Below are positions 46,072 through 57,598 of a stretch of DNA of 64,000 nt, in pieces. Source of the stretch: Hormiphora californensis (lineage: Eukaryota; Animalia; Ctenophora). Numbering within the stretch: the first letter of the stretch is position 1; each line of letters begins with the position of its first letter. Position numbers and translations under genes: made by a program. The notes under the pieces were generated by a model. The model saw nothing but the letters and a program-made list of their open reading frames with translations, made no database searches and was not told the origin of the DNA. The stretch lies in NCBI GenBank assembly GCA_020137815.1, contig CM035362.1, positions 1,054,001 through 1,118,000 on the forward strand, written 5' to 3'.

Positions 46072-47229
46072 ATGAACAGTTTCAGTGGAACTCTCCGATT
46101 AACAGATCTGAACGATTTCATCGGTCCCTCACAAGAATGTACCAAACCTGTTCCAGTTGCCAAGTCAACCAAGCGAGGAGTTATCAAAATTAACAAAGAC
46201 GGAGGTCTCACCCAGAATTCCCTACCACTCCAAAAACAGACCATATCACTGACGGATTGTCTGGCGTGTAGTGGATGTGTGACCTCTGCAGAGACTGTAC
46301 TTATCGAATCACAATCCCTGGGTACCCTTACCAAAGTTCGATCTGAGCACCCTGATTGGGTTTACGTGGCAACTATCTCTCCCCAATCTGTTGCTTCACT
46401 CGCCACGAAACACCATCTTTCTTTTGAAGATGCTGCATCTCGGCTAATTGCATGTGCCAGGGGGAACGGTTATAAGTATGTGTTCAGCTCAGTCGAGGGG
46501 AGTGAAATAGCACATCAACTTGGGGGAAGGGAGTTAGTAGCTCGGAGATCAGCCGGTACAACACCAATCCTCGCTAGTGCTTGTCCTGGTTGGATCTGTT
46601 ACGCTGAGAAGACCCAGACACCCGCCATTCTATCCCATATCAGCGCCATCAGATCTCCCCAGAGCATCCTGGGAGCGCTGGTTAAATCGTCTGTCAGCAA
46701 GATACATGGAGTGCCACAAGACAGTGTATACCATGTTTCTGTGATGCCGTGTTACGATAAAAAGTTGGAGGCATCACGGGCTGAGTTCAAATCTGACACA
46801 ACGTCAGAGGTGGATCTGGTACTGAGTACGGCTGAAATTGAGGACCTTTGGGATATTTCAAAGGGACCAACATCATCGAATTCAATTGTTTTTAACTCAG
46901 TCCTCGCGCTAGACACTTCCTATCCCATACAGACTCTCTCAGGGGGCAGCTCAGGTGGCTTTGCGGAGCGTGTGTTACACCACCTCGCATTGTCCCTTAA
47001 CCTTCCCCCACCCCCTCCTGCCATGAACTTTACACCCCTTCGAAACAAGGACCTCCTGGAATGTTCGGTTGAGATTGGGGGAACGGTGTACAAAGTTGCG
47101 AAGGCGTATGGTTTCAGGAACATCCAGAATGTGATACAAAAAGTGAAACACGGCAAGTGCAAGTATGACTATGTCGAACTAATGGCGTGCCGGGGGCGTT
47201 TCAAAAAGGGGGGGGGGAGTAAAGACTGA
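46072..47229 (+). CDS. CIAO3: Cytosolic Fe-S cluster assembly factor CIAO3/NARFL/Nar1 (iron-only hydrogenase-like); intronless where readable; true 3' end lost in degraded sequence after ~47190
   Basis: FSGTLRLTDLNDFIGPSQECTKP, ISLTDCLACSGCVTSAE, LASACPGWICYAEK, VMPCYDKKLEASR, AYGFRNIQN, YVELMAC: diagnostic Nar1/NARFL motifs. The expected C-terminal tail is missing. Confidence 0.95.
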   Translation: MNSFSGTLRLTDLNDFIGPSQECTKPVPVAKSTKRGVIKINKDGGLTQNSLPLQKQTISLTDCLACSGCVTSAETVLIESQSLGTLTKVRSEHPDWVYVATISPQSVASLATKHHLSFEDAASRLIACARGNGYKYVFSSVEGSEIAHQLGGRELVARRSAGTTPILASACPGWICYAEKTQTPAILSHISAIRSPQSILGALVKSSVSKIHGVPQDSVYHVSVMPCYDKKLEASRAEFKSDTTSEVDLVLSTAEIEDLWDISKGPTSSNSIVFNSVLALDTSYPIQTLSGGSSGGFAERVLHHLALSLNLPPPPPAMNFTPLRNKDLLECSVEIGGTVYKVAKAYGFRNIQNVIQKVKHGKCKYDYVELMACRGRFKKGGGSKD

Positions 47230-47502
47230 GAACCTGGGGGGGGGGGAAATTTTTTTCAGTTTGGGGGGGAAAGTGGGGGGGAAAATTTTTAAAAGGGGGG
47301 GGTTCGGGGGTGGGGGGGGGGAGAATAATTAATTTTAGAATCGGGTGGGGAATTTTTGATTGGGCATTATGGGGAAAAAATTTTGGTAGGGGAAAAACAG
47401 GGAAAGGGGATTTTCCCAAAAAGGGGGCAAACCCCCCCCTTTCCCGGGTTTTTTTTTTTCTTTCCTCTTTAAGTTTTTTTTTTTGGGGGGGGGGGGGGGG
47501 GG

Positions 47503-47538
<36 letters not shown>

Positions 47539-47787
47539 GGGGGGGGGGGGAAAAAAGGAAACCCAAAATTTTGGGGGCCCCCGGGGCCCCCTTTTCCCCT
47601 CGCCCCTTCCCGCCCATTTATTTTTCTTAAAATTTTCCTCTCTCCCCCTCCCCTCCCCCTTCTCCCCTCTCCTTTAGGTATCAAAAGGAAAAGCCAAGGA
47701 AAACCCCAAAAACCCAGGAAAATTTTTCCTTACAAAAACTCAAAAACCTATAAAGACCACAATAAACCCCCCCGCTTGTATCCCCCT
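47190..47787. other. Low-quality homopolymer-degraded consensus hiding the CIAO3 3' end and OGFOD1 5' end
   Basis: Successive T/G/A homopolymers; the expected MACPxGCxNGGG motif is corrupted to MACRGRFKKGGG. Confidence 0.9.
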
Positions 47788-49241
47788 GATCCTTTCCATG
47801 AGTTCTTCCCAAATATCCTCAACCGGGCCCCCACGATTATTGGGGGTTTAAAAGGGAACGTTTCACCTTTAAGGAAAATGATCTTCTCTCTCTACACCAG
47901 ACAGACGATCTGAACTCGTGTTCTGTTCCTGAGGTATCCGCTGTCCGTGATTTTATATACACAGATGTGAAGAGGGTCCTGGAAAGTATTACAGGGGCAA
48001 AGTATAATGACACTGTGGATCTACACGGTATAAAACTGGAGCAATCTAACAACCTACTCTGTCACTCGGATTGTCTCTCATCACGTCACACTGCCTTCAT
48101 TCTCTATCTAGTACCGGGTGACTGGTGTAAAGATGATGGTGGCACACTAGATTTGTTTGGATCAGACGACAATAACCAGCCGGTAAAGTGGTTCAATCCC
48201 TAGTTCCTGTTTTCAACTCTTTTAGTTGGTTTGAGGTTTCTAACAAGTCCTGGCATCAAGTCTCTGAAGTCCTGACAGCCACTAAAACACGGTGGTCGAT
48301 CAGCGGTTGGTTTCACTTCTGATTCCCATCCTGTTGTTCCAATTCCCCCTCCCCGGGACTCGCCCCTTCCTTTATCTCTCCCTGGGGATGGTGATATTAG
48401 TGATACTCACTCCTGGTTATCACTAAAGTACCTCAATATAGAGGTTACCTCTGCATGTCATGGAACAGTTCCAGGATGAATCTGAAGGTCTCCCTTGGCT
48501 GGATTTCTTAACGATGAGAAGTTTGCACAGCTGAAGGGAGGGGTTGGAAGCTTGCCAGGGCTGGGATCCTGTTGGGCCTGCCCATAAACGTCACCACGAC
48601 CTCCTAGACACGACCTAGAGCTCCTCCAATTGTCGCAGGAATTCAGCTCCTTACTCAGATCTGATGGGTTTGCGGTTTTCCTATCTCACTGTACAGGACT
48701 AGCACTATCCCCTGCTTATGAAGACCCCACTGAACCCAAATATACAGACACCTCGTACGGTATCCTAGCAACATCAGTAACTAGGTGGAAGGTGGGTAGT
48801 TACACACTGTTATCTGACCAGGAAGTGGCAGGGTTACCAGATCGACTTCATGTCTTTTACCATGTAATGTGCTGTGAGGAGGGTGGTGATAAGGGTGACA
48901 CTAAGGCTAAGGAGAGTGAGAAAGGTGTCACCCAGGGAGGTGATGATACAAATGGACACACAGAGATGCCAAAGGAAGCAGAGGAAGAAGATGATGAGGA
49001 TGATGATTTTGGTGGCTACATCTCGTTCATCAGTGATAAAACCAGTGAGCCACTTCTAGTGGTGCCACCCCAGAACAACACCTTATCTCTGGTGTTCACT
49101 AAGGGAGATGAGTGGTGTTTTACCAAACATGTAGGTGCTAAATTTGGACAAGGAAGCAGGTTCTATTGCTTCTCTGCACAGATGGTCGGGAGAGAGGAGG
49201 AGGAGGAGGAGGAAGAGGGAGATAATAGTGATGAATCGTAA
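47788..49241 (+). CDS. OGFOD1: Prolyl 3-hydroxylase OGFOD1/Tpa1 (2OG-Fe(II) oxygenase), 5'-partial, apparently intronless, with several probable sequencing frameshifts
   Basis: DPFH...FKENDLLSLHQTDDL, LLCHSD (HxD), AFILYLVPGDW..DGGTLDLF, shifted frame LVPVFNSFSWFEVSNKSWHQVSEVL...RWSISGWFH. C-terminal domain ORF 48630-49241 (FLSHCTGL, GSYTLL, FGGYISF, LLVVPPQNNTLSLV...FTKHV). Confidence 0.9.
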
Positions 49242-49705
49242 TAAGTTATTGGATCATTTTATAGTTTGTTTGTTTGTCGTAGAACGTTTTAACTACATGA
49301 GTGTGTCAGGGTTTTTTCAGGGTTTTTACTTTTTAGTGCACTGTTACATCATTCGGTTACGTAAAACCCTGCTATTTTTCAACTGGGACATGACTTCATA
49401 TTGTATTTGGCCACAGTACAAACAAATAGGTCTTCTAGAACAATGTAGAACAACTGTCAACTATAGATAGTAATTAGATACACATGATGTAGAGTATAGA
49501 TCATACTACTAGAAGAAGTTGTACAACTACATTTTGTTTGTTGTTTTGAGTTCATTTTATTGATCCGCCATCCGGGATTTTGACGACAATCGTACTCTGT
49601 TTTAATTAACTTATTCACTTTTTATACATCATCTTGTCTCACTGCTTATTAGAAGTGAACTTCGAACCCTCTTTACTAACCGAGCCTCCATCGCTTAGCA
49701 GTGTA

Positions 49706-50306
49706 ATGGCATCCGCAGTTAATCAAACTACATCAACAGAAGGTAGGTGTTTTACAATGTATGCTGTATGCTTATTGCTTTATCCACCAGCACAGCAGTG
49801 AATTAGCTGTGTTTTCTCAAACTGTTTTACAATAAAAAATAAGCAAGATAATTACTTCTGTAGATAATACGGCGTCTATTCATCTCGTCGAGCGGGAAGG
49901 AGAAACCCAAACCCCTAACCCCTCAGTCGCCCTCTCTCCAGTAGCCACTACTACAGCTGGTGGTGGTAACCCTATCTGTGAGGAGTGTGACGCTGGCCCC
50001 TACACCCCCGAGACTGAGGATGAGGTGGATGAATACGATCAGATAATTGAGAGGAGCGGGTGCGCCAAGGAACACTACTCATTGCAGGTAATGTGTTAAT
50101 TGGGTAATTAGGAAGTAATTTCATGGAATTCTTTTAACTTACCGTACTTCAATTCCACTTAAATTCTTTACATTTTACTTCATATCATTTTAATGTTTTA
50201 TTAATTTCAGGACTGTTACCATGACAACAATAGAATGTGGGCAAAGTGCAAAGTAGAGATGGATAACTTCAGAGTGTGTATGTCAGCCATGGCTGCTAAA
50301 CGGTGA
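49706..50306 (+). CDS. COA4: Cytochrome c oxidase assembly factor 4 (twin CX9C). Exons 49706-49742, 49864-50087 (alternative in-frame acceptors at 49927/49942), 50211-50306
   Basis: EDEVDEYDQIIERSGCAKEHYSLQ|DCYHDNNRMWAKCKVEMDNFRVCM: acidic stretch, RSGC-X9-C, W..C-X9-C, as in COA4/CHCHD8; canonical splice sites. Absent from the ORF track. Confidence 0.85.
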
Positions 50307-50551
50307 CCCAGCAGGATAGCAAGAGAGAGAGAGAGGGAGAGTGAGAGGGAGTGTGAGAGAGAGAAGGAGAGAGAGAGAGAGAGATACAGAAAGAAACTGT
50401 ATGTGTGTGAGGGAGAGAGAGACATTAGAGCTCAAGAACACCCACTATAATTAACCATTACTATTAGTAATGGTAATTTACTAACCTAATGATTTATTAG
50501 ACTGATCTACCCCTGTCTACACAAATAGTGTATTAATAGATTGGTAACTGC

Positions 50552-51904
50552 CAGGAAGCGACCGAATATTCGGTTCGGTTCGGTTCGGTTCGGAAATTCG
50601 GTGTTTTTTGGGTGGTTCGGTTCGGTTCGGTTCGGTAGGAAATTTTGGCCGAACCACCGAATTTTTTGGTCAAAAAATGCCCAGAAATCGGGCTTTTTCA
50701 TGCAAAATTTTCCAATTATTTCACGAAAATTGTATGGATTTCAATGTCAATTTCGCCGTATTAACCCTATTTCGAATCGGTGGTGCTATGCGGAAATGAT
50801 TTCGCTAGTTAGCGGGTTCGATATGGATTGATTTGATACCTGACTTCCCGTCGAATCGTGTCCTCATGAGAGGGTCAACAAATTCAGAAACTTTTTTTTT
50901 CAAAAAATTCATGGAGAGCACCGATCAAGGTGTTAAGAATCATTCTCTGAAATTTTGTAAAAAAGTTTGGAAAATATTTCAAAGTCAATTTTATGGAAAA
51001 TTTTCTATGTCAATTTTTGCGTACGAATCGTGTTTCGAATCGGTATTGCTAAGCGGGAGTGATGTTGCTTAATTAGTGGGTCCGAGATGGATTATGCTGA
51101 TACGTGATCCCCCATCAAATCTAATTAGGAAGTTTAGGGGAAACGATTCATGTTTCAATAAATCCTGCTAATTAGCGAGAGCACTGCCGCATAGCATCAC
51201 CGATTCGCAACACGATTCGTACGGCAAAATTTACATAGAATTTTTTTTCCGAAATTGGCTTTGAAATATTTTACAAAGTTTTTTTCACAAAATTAAATGT
51301 TTCTCTAAAAATTCATGGAGAGCATCGATCAAGGTATTGAGAATCATTACCTGAAATTTGGTGAAATTTTTTTTGTGAAAAATATTTTTAGTAAAGTATG
51401 GTATACGAATCGTGTTTCTAATCGACAATGCTAAACGGGAGTGATGTTGGTAATTAGTGGGTCCGAGATGGATTGTGCTGATACGTGATCCCCCATCAAA
51501 TCTAATTAGGAAATTTAGAGAGACACGAGTCATGGTTCGTTTAATCCTGCTAATTAGCAATACCATTCCCGTATAGCATTGCCGATTCGAAACACGATTC
51601 GTACGCAAAAATTGACATAGAAAATTTACGATAAAATTGACTTTGAAATTTTTTTCACAAAATTGACTTTGAAATTTTTTCAAACATTTTTTAACAAAAT
51701 TTCAGAGAATGATTCTCAATACCTTGATCGGTGCTCTCCATGACTTTTTAGAGAAACATTTATACAGAAAAAGTTTTGTATGGTTCGGTTCGGTTCGATT
51801 ACCGAAATTCGGTTCGGTTCGGTTCGGTTCGGTTCGGTAAAAAAGTTTTTCAAATTCGGTTCGGTTCGGTTCGGTGGAAAAAAATCCGGTTCGGTCGTTT
51901 CCTG
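50552..51904. mobile_element. Non-autonomous hAT-superfamily element (1353 bp) with 8-bp TSD GTAACTGC and (GGTTC)n subterminal repeats
   Basis: GTAACTGC|CAGGAAGCGACCGAA ... TTCGGTCGTTTCCTG|GTAACTGC (TSDs 50544-50551 and 51905-51912); internal inverted/direct modules; no transposase. Confidence 0.88.
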
Positions 51905-51916
51905 GTAACTGCAGTA

Positions 51917-53594
51917 GGGTATACCGGGGTAATTTGGACGGTGGGGCAATGTGGTCACATGACGGGGCAATGTGGACTAGTGATTTATATGGGACTTTAA
52001 AATTGTGGTGTTTAGTGTGAAATAACGAAAAATGACGACTTTAAAGTTAAACTTTATTTCGGTAAACTTAATTATGATAATTATTTAAATTAAGGGTCAG
52101 AATTTCACAATATGATACTTTTCTATTCCGTTTCATCATCAAAATGACATTAGCTTTCGATTTAATTAGCTAATTAGCATTTTAATGAAGCGGGGCAATT
52201 CGGACAATTTGGGGCAATTCGGACGAAAAAATCGGGGGCAATTCGGTCATAAACCAGATTGCCCCATGGGGCAATTTGGACTAGACCAAATTGCCCCATG
52301 GGGCAAATTGGTTAAGACAAATTGGCCTCATGGCGCCATTATACTCGTTTCTATGGAAACCATAGACAACCTACTTTCATAGTTATCCTATTCAATCAAT
52401 ATAGATGGCTAAAACTAAGTAAATATACCAAAAAAATAGAAGGCGCATGTTACAACCAATTCTCTGCTTGCCAAGGTCACAAGTCAATCCAAGGTGTGGT
52501 ATTCGACAAACCAACTTAATGGGGTGCTCCAGAATATCTAGGACTGGTGCTTTGATAACCAAAAGTAGTGTTTTATCATGATAATCATCCTTATGCAGCT
52601 GATAAAACTGAATAAAGGGATAAATTACAGGCTTAATTAGAGCAATAGGCATTTGATAACCAAAGCCACTGATTTGCTAGCCATGGCTGGTAACTGAGGG
52701 CAGTCTGATGTCTCATTGTGATTCACAATCATGTTTAAACAATCGATAGTCTAATAATACGGATATATTGGGTGAATTTGGAGCAAGAAAATAGTACATT
52801 ACTGCAAACTCGTCGGTTGCTATGGTAACAAACTCCGTTGCTATAGCAACCCCAGGGAATTGCATTGAGTGGGAATCGGCCACTAACATGATTAATTAGA
52901 CTGGATCCCCATAATAGTAATTTCTGGCCTTGTAAGCACCTGAAAACACAGACACCATTCCTTTGAAAACCGTAGCTTTATTTGTGGCTTTTTGATCTTT
53001 GATGTCGATTTTCTCAAAAAGCCTATTCGGGATTAGATTAAATCTTTTTCTAATCGACTAGGCTAATCCTGAGCTTTCGAAAATGCACCCTATTGATATA
53101 GATTTGATGAACACGTAATTTTTTGGTTAATTAGGCTAATTACTACTTAATTAACTAATTTTGAAAAAAGTAATAGCACGGGATACTAAATTACTAGATG
53201 ACTGAAAAGTTTGAAATCGATATCTCAAAAACTGTGGCTACAATCTAAGTTTGTCCGAATAGCCCCAACCTCGGCCTGATTTACATTGCAGATTTACAGC
53301 TGGGGCAATGTGGTGTGTCGCGGTCACGTGATTGAATGCGCGCATTGTGATTGGTGTAGAGGGCCACTAGTCCACATTGCCCCGTGTCTCGCGATCGAAA
53401 ATATTCCGACTTACCTTCATTAACAAGGTTAATTAGCTATCTAAAAGTTATGCTTTCGGTGTAAATTTGTTCTGAGGCTCTAGATAAAGGTTCAGTTGCA
53501 CAAATTGAGTAGCTAACTAATTGATTAAGTAAATAAATGGCTCTTGAAATACCAGTTGAATGCAAAAAGTGGTCCAAATTACCCCGGTATACCC
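51917..53594. mobile_element. Non-autonomous TA-flanked TIR element (Tc1/mariner-pogo-like), 1678 bp
   Basis: TA|GGGTATACCGGGGTAATTTGGAC ... GTCCAAATTACCCCGGTATACCC|TA; many internal GGGGCAATT/GTGG motif copies resembling the TIR; no transposase ORF. Confidence 0.8.
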
Positions 53595-53939
53595 TACTAA
53601 CCTAATAGTATTAATATATATGTAATGGCGATGATGATTGATGTTACATAGTTTTAGAAAGGCTTGTTTTTTTTCGACCCTGAGCAACACTTTTTTTTCA
53701 AAAGTATATTTTTTTAAACTATGTATTTGAGATTTAAAAAAAGCTTTAGAAGCTAAGTTAAGTTATATGCTTTTTACCCTCATAAAATTATCTGATTTTG
53801 TCTTTCAGTTACATAAGTAATGTTATTATCTAACTTTCTATTCAAAAGTGTGTTAACTTCTGAGTTTTGATGTTTATTTCTCATCTCATAACTCAGCTAA
53901 ACCATTGTCTCAATCTTCCACCCTTTTTTTCGTAGTGAA

Positions 53940-56900
53940 ATGACAACAAGATGGAACCTTGACGCACCAGAGTTTGTCCCGGGACGATGGGCTTCACCAT
54001 CCCCTGTCCCTCCGCAAACACCCCACATTCCACCTCCACAAACAACCCACACTCCACAATCAGCCCACATTCCACAATCTATCCACATTCCACCTCCACA
54101 AACAACCCACATTCCACCTCCGCAAACAACCCACATTCCACCTCCGCAAACAACCCACATTCCACAATCAGCCCACATTCCACAATCAGCCCACACTCCA
54201 CAATCTATGCACATTCCACCTCCGCAACCAACCCACCTTCCACCTCCGCAACCAACCCACATTCCTTCACAACATCCTACCGGATCGTCTCTAACAGCTG
54301 AATCACCAGCTTTCCTCCCAAAACAACACCCTCCAATCTCCATAACAACTCGAACACGGAATCTACGCCTCACCGACTCCTCTCCTACCGTACACCAGCC
54401 CCATCCCAAGAAAGAACACCAGAAAAGAAGACCGAAGAGCCATCATCTCCAACAGAGACGGAGTGAGGGTGTAGCGACCCCGTCTACACCTGATACAGGG
54501 TGTCCCCGTTATAGTGACGTAGTAGCGGAGAACAGTTCACAGCAACAAGGCGCTACCATATCCGGTAAATTCTGACAAATCAATGCTCTCTTTCAAATTC
54601 CCGTTGAGAAGTTACCCCGATCTAGATAGTTCATGGACCAGTTATTTTCCCTTCTAATCCCCCCTCTAATTCTCCCCTTCTACTAATAATTCTCCCCTTC
54701 TAATCCCCTCCCCCTCCTTGTCTACAGGTGCCCCAGGTTCCAGTGGTGCCCTTTGTCCCTACTGGATGGATACTGGGACATGTGAGGACGGGGAGCTGTG
54801 TGTCAATGTACACGGTGAATTCTGTAGGCACTGTGAACGGTACTGCCTACCACCTGGGGACGTGAAAATGCAACAGGTACAGAACTACATGACGTAGTGT
54901 TTAATGTGCTCGTACCATGGTTTTAGAAAGGTGCTAACCAAGTTAATTAGAAGGCTGATGTCCTTAGATCAAGACCCGCACGGGCCCGCCTGTGTATTCT
55001 CTTTCATGCTCTCTCCAATATCTTGGCATTTATTTCATCTCTCCCTCTCTTTACTGTCCGTCCCTCTATCTCCCTCTCTCTCTTTACTCTCCCTCTATCT
55101 CAGATGCACAAGGACATTTGTGCGACACTCCGGGAACAGTACAACCAGGCTGCAGAGGCTAGCAGGGATCTCTCTTGTACTATCTGCTACGAAGTTGTCC
55201 TGGAGAAGGAGGAAAAGAAACAGCGACAGTATGCTAATTTTAACTTTTTCTAACATTGACAAGAAATCTAAACCTGATTTATTCCTGTTCCTGCTCGGTC
55301 CCTGATCCCTTATTCCACAGGTTCGGCCTATTATCCGAGTGCAGCCACACCTTCTGTTTGGAGTGCATAAGGAAATGGAGGAACTCTCAGAGCGGGGAGG
55401 CGAACAAACGAAAATGTCCGATTTGCAGAAAACTCAGCTACTTCGTTATCCCTTCCAAGGTAATTAATTAGTTAATTAACTTGATATATGGCAGTGACTT
55501 GGGGTCAACGGTCTCAAAAGTGTGAGTTCTGAAGTTTCGGTAGAAGAAAAAACAAATTAAATCATTGATTTAAAACAAAACATATCAAAATCATTACCAT
55601 TTATCAGAATTACACTGTCATTTTCGAAAAAAATAACACAATCTATTAATTTTCACAGAAGTTACTCATTTTGTATTAGAGGCGCTCCCTCTCCCAAAAC
55701 ATCATCCCCTCTACATTCCAATATTGAATGAACATACATAGAGAATCGCCTGTTAGTTAGTGAATACAGCACAGGATTCACCACCACGCCAATACAAATT
55801 AGAAACCCCGCAACTAATGCAACTCCTCCTGGCTCATCGGTTCTGTTAACTAATTCAATAATAGCGAATACCAAATACACTGACCAGCTTGCCAGGAACA
55901 CAGTAGTTAATGTGATGACTGTGGTGAGTGCCTTGAGATTGACCCTTGAAGACCGGTTGTTTCTGTACATTAATACCACACCACACAAGTAACCATTACA
56001 TAAAATTGTGACAGACATCGGTAATAAAACGACAACCACAAGGCAAGACAAATAAATTATTTCAATTGTTATGAAATCAAATTTAATTCTACAAGCCTGC
56101 TCAACCGGATCAAAACTATATGTTGAGTTATTCATGTTTCCTGTAACCCCACCCACTAACCCAACAGCAGACAACCACATTACAGCCAGTATACCCCATG
56201 CCACACTTGTTGTGACTATCTGACGTAGTGGTACCAACACAATCCTCAACCTATGAAGGGTTATACACATAACAGTCCAGAGACTAACCGTCCCCGCTAT
56301 GTGGGCCGAATGTAAACACGTTTTACACAGCCACATGTACACCCTAAATGGGTTGAGGGAAGGATCTGCATCCATAATGGAAGATATACAGGGTGGTAGG
56401 ATACCAAATATGGCATAGAGGAGATCTCCAACGGCCAGGTTCCTCACAAACATTACGGAGACTTTGTCCAAGTCAATGGCGTTGTATCGTATAGAGGAAT
56501 AGATGATAAGGCTGTTGCCAAGGAGCCCAAGAAGGCTGGTAACAGTGTAAAATGTGATTGTGATCCAACGAATTATCATTCCTCAGATTCTAATAAAAAG
56601 ATACAACGGTTAAAATGAGAATAGGGCCAAATCACAGTGTATAGACGGTCGTTGGTCATTGGTCCCTCAAGATCATGTCAAGTTCATAATAACAAAGCAG
56701 GCTGCAAGGCTGCACACATTTATAGATTTACCCAGCACTGTATAAACATTGGATGTTCATCTGCTACACATTGCAAATCAGATAACCAATCTGTCTTGGG
56801 AAAACAGTGTGGTAAATGGTTACCCGCCTGGTATTGTTAGATACATTATAATGCCACCTCCCCCTTACATCCCCCTCTCATCTACTGCAGACCCCCCTCT

Positions 56901-57598
56901 TCATCCCTCCCCTCCCCATCTCTCATCACCTCCCATCTCTCAACTATAACAGACCCCCCTCCCCTTCATTCCTCATCCCCCCCCTCAGGTGTGGGTATCT
57001 GATATGGCTGAGAAAGATCGTCTGATTCAAGGATACAAGGAGCATCTCTCTACCAAGGATTGTATGCACTTCAACAAGGGCCAGGACTTCTGCCCCTTTG
57101 GACCTAACTGCTTCTACCGTCATGCCCTACCTGACGGCACTGTCGTGTCTGATAATGTGGTATGTAGTGGGGTGGTAGTGTGCCCATATATGGGCATATA
57201 GTGTCATCAATTGACCATGTATGGTTATGACTTATTTGTAGATGTGTATACAGCTATAATAATGAGCTTTATAAGGGGATCAAGTTTCAGTAGTTAAACA
57301 CACTGCTCACCAGCTCACCATCTATTTGACATACAGTTACAGTAGTGTAAGAATCGGTTAGGACTAAGGGAAGCAGGGTCAGAGCTATTGAACATAAAAT
57401 ATAAAACATAAAGTGATTGTATCGCTAACATCTGATAACTTCCAACAGGTAAAAAGGCGAGTTAACTCAGAGGGAGATGCAGTAGTTTTAACACGTCCCT
57501 TCCTGTCTGACTTCCTGGAGGAGCTGCTAAGTTTCAGTGCTGTTCCAATTCACCTCCAAATGCACGCTATTAGAACACTCTTTAATATCCAGCAGTGA
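53940..57598 (+). CDS. MKRN: Makorin RING/CCCH E3 ubiquitin ligase. Exons 53940-54564, 54728-54876, 55104-55228, 55321-55459, 56989-57159, 57449-57598
   Basis: PAM2-like WNLDAPEFVPG; CCCH CPYWMDTGTCEDGELCVNVHG; makorin Cys-His motif CRHCERYCL...HKDIC; RING CTICYEVV...FGLLSECSHTFCLECIRKWR...CPICR; C-terminal CCCH CMHFNKGQDFCPFGPNCFYRH. Phases consistent. Confidence 0.93.
55662..56579 (-). CDS. Intronless rhodopsin-like GPCR (305 aa) nested antisense in makorin intron 4
   Basis: LGLLGN (TM1), NLAVGD (TM2), ITLHRL (DRY position), ECL2 Cys, VNPVLY (NPxxY); lies wholly within intron 55460-56988. Confidence 0.9.
   Translation of the reverse strand: MIIRWITITFYTVTSLLGLLGNSLIIYSSIRYNAIDLDKVSVMFVRNLAVGDLLYAIFGILPPCISSIMDADPSLNPFRVYMWLCKTCLHSAHIAGTVSLWTVMCITLHRLRIVLVPLRQIVTTSVAWGILAVMWLSAVGLVGGVTGNMNNSTYSFDPVEQACRIKFDFITIEIIYLSCLVVVVLLPMSVTILCNGYLCGVVLMYRNNRSSRVNLKALTTVITLTTVFLASWSVYLVFAIIELVNRTDEPGGVALVAGFLICIGVVVNPVLYSLTNRRFSMYVHSILECRGDDVLGEGAPLIQNE

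Noticed and set aside
46072-47229. Possible horizontally acquired [FeFe]-hydrogenase (intronless)
   Set aside because: N-terminal LTDLNDFIGPSQEC and other motifs are those of the ubiquitous eukaryotic Nar1/NARFL.
53893-54409. Cys/Trp/Gly-rich antisense ORF and alternative-frame ORFs over makorin exon 1
   Set aside because: Shadows of the coding minisatellite; only the PAM2-containing frame splices to the makorin domains.
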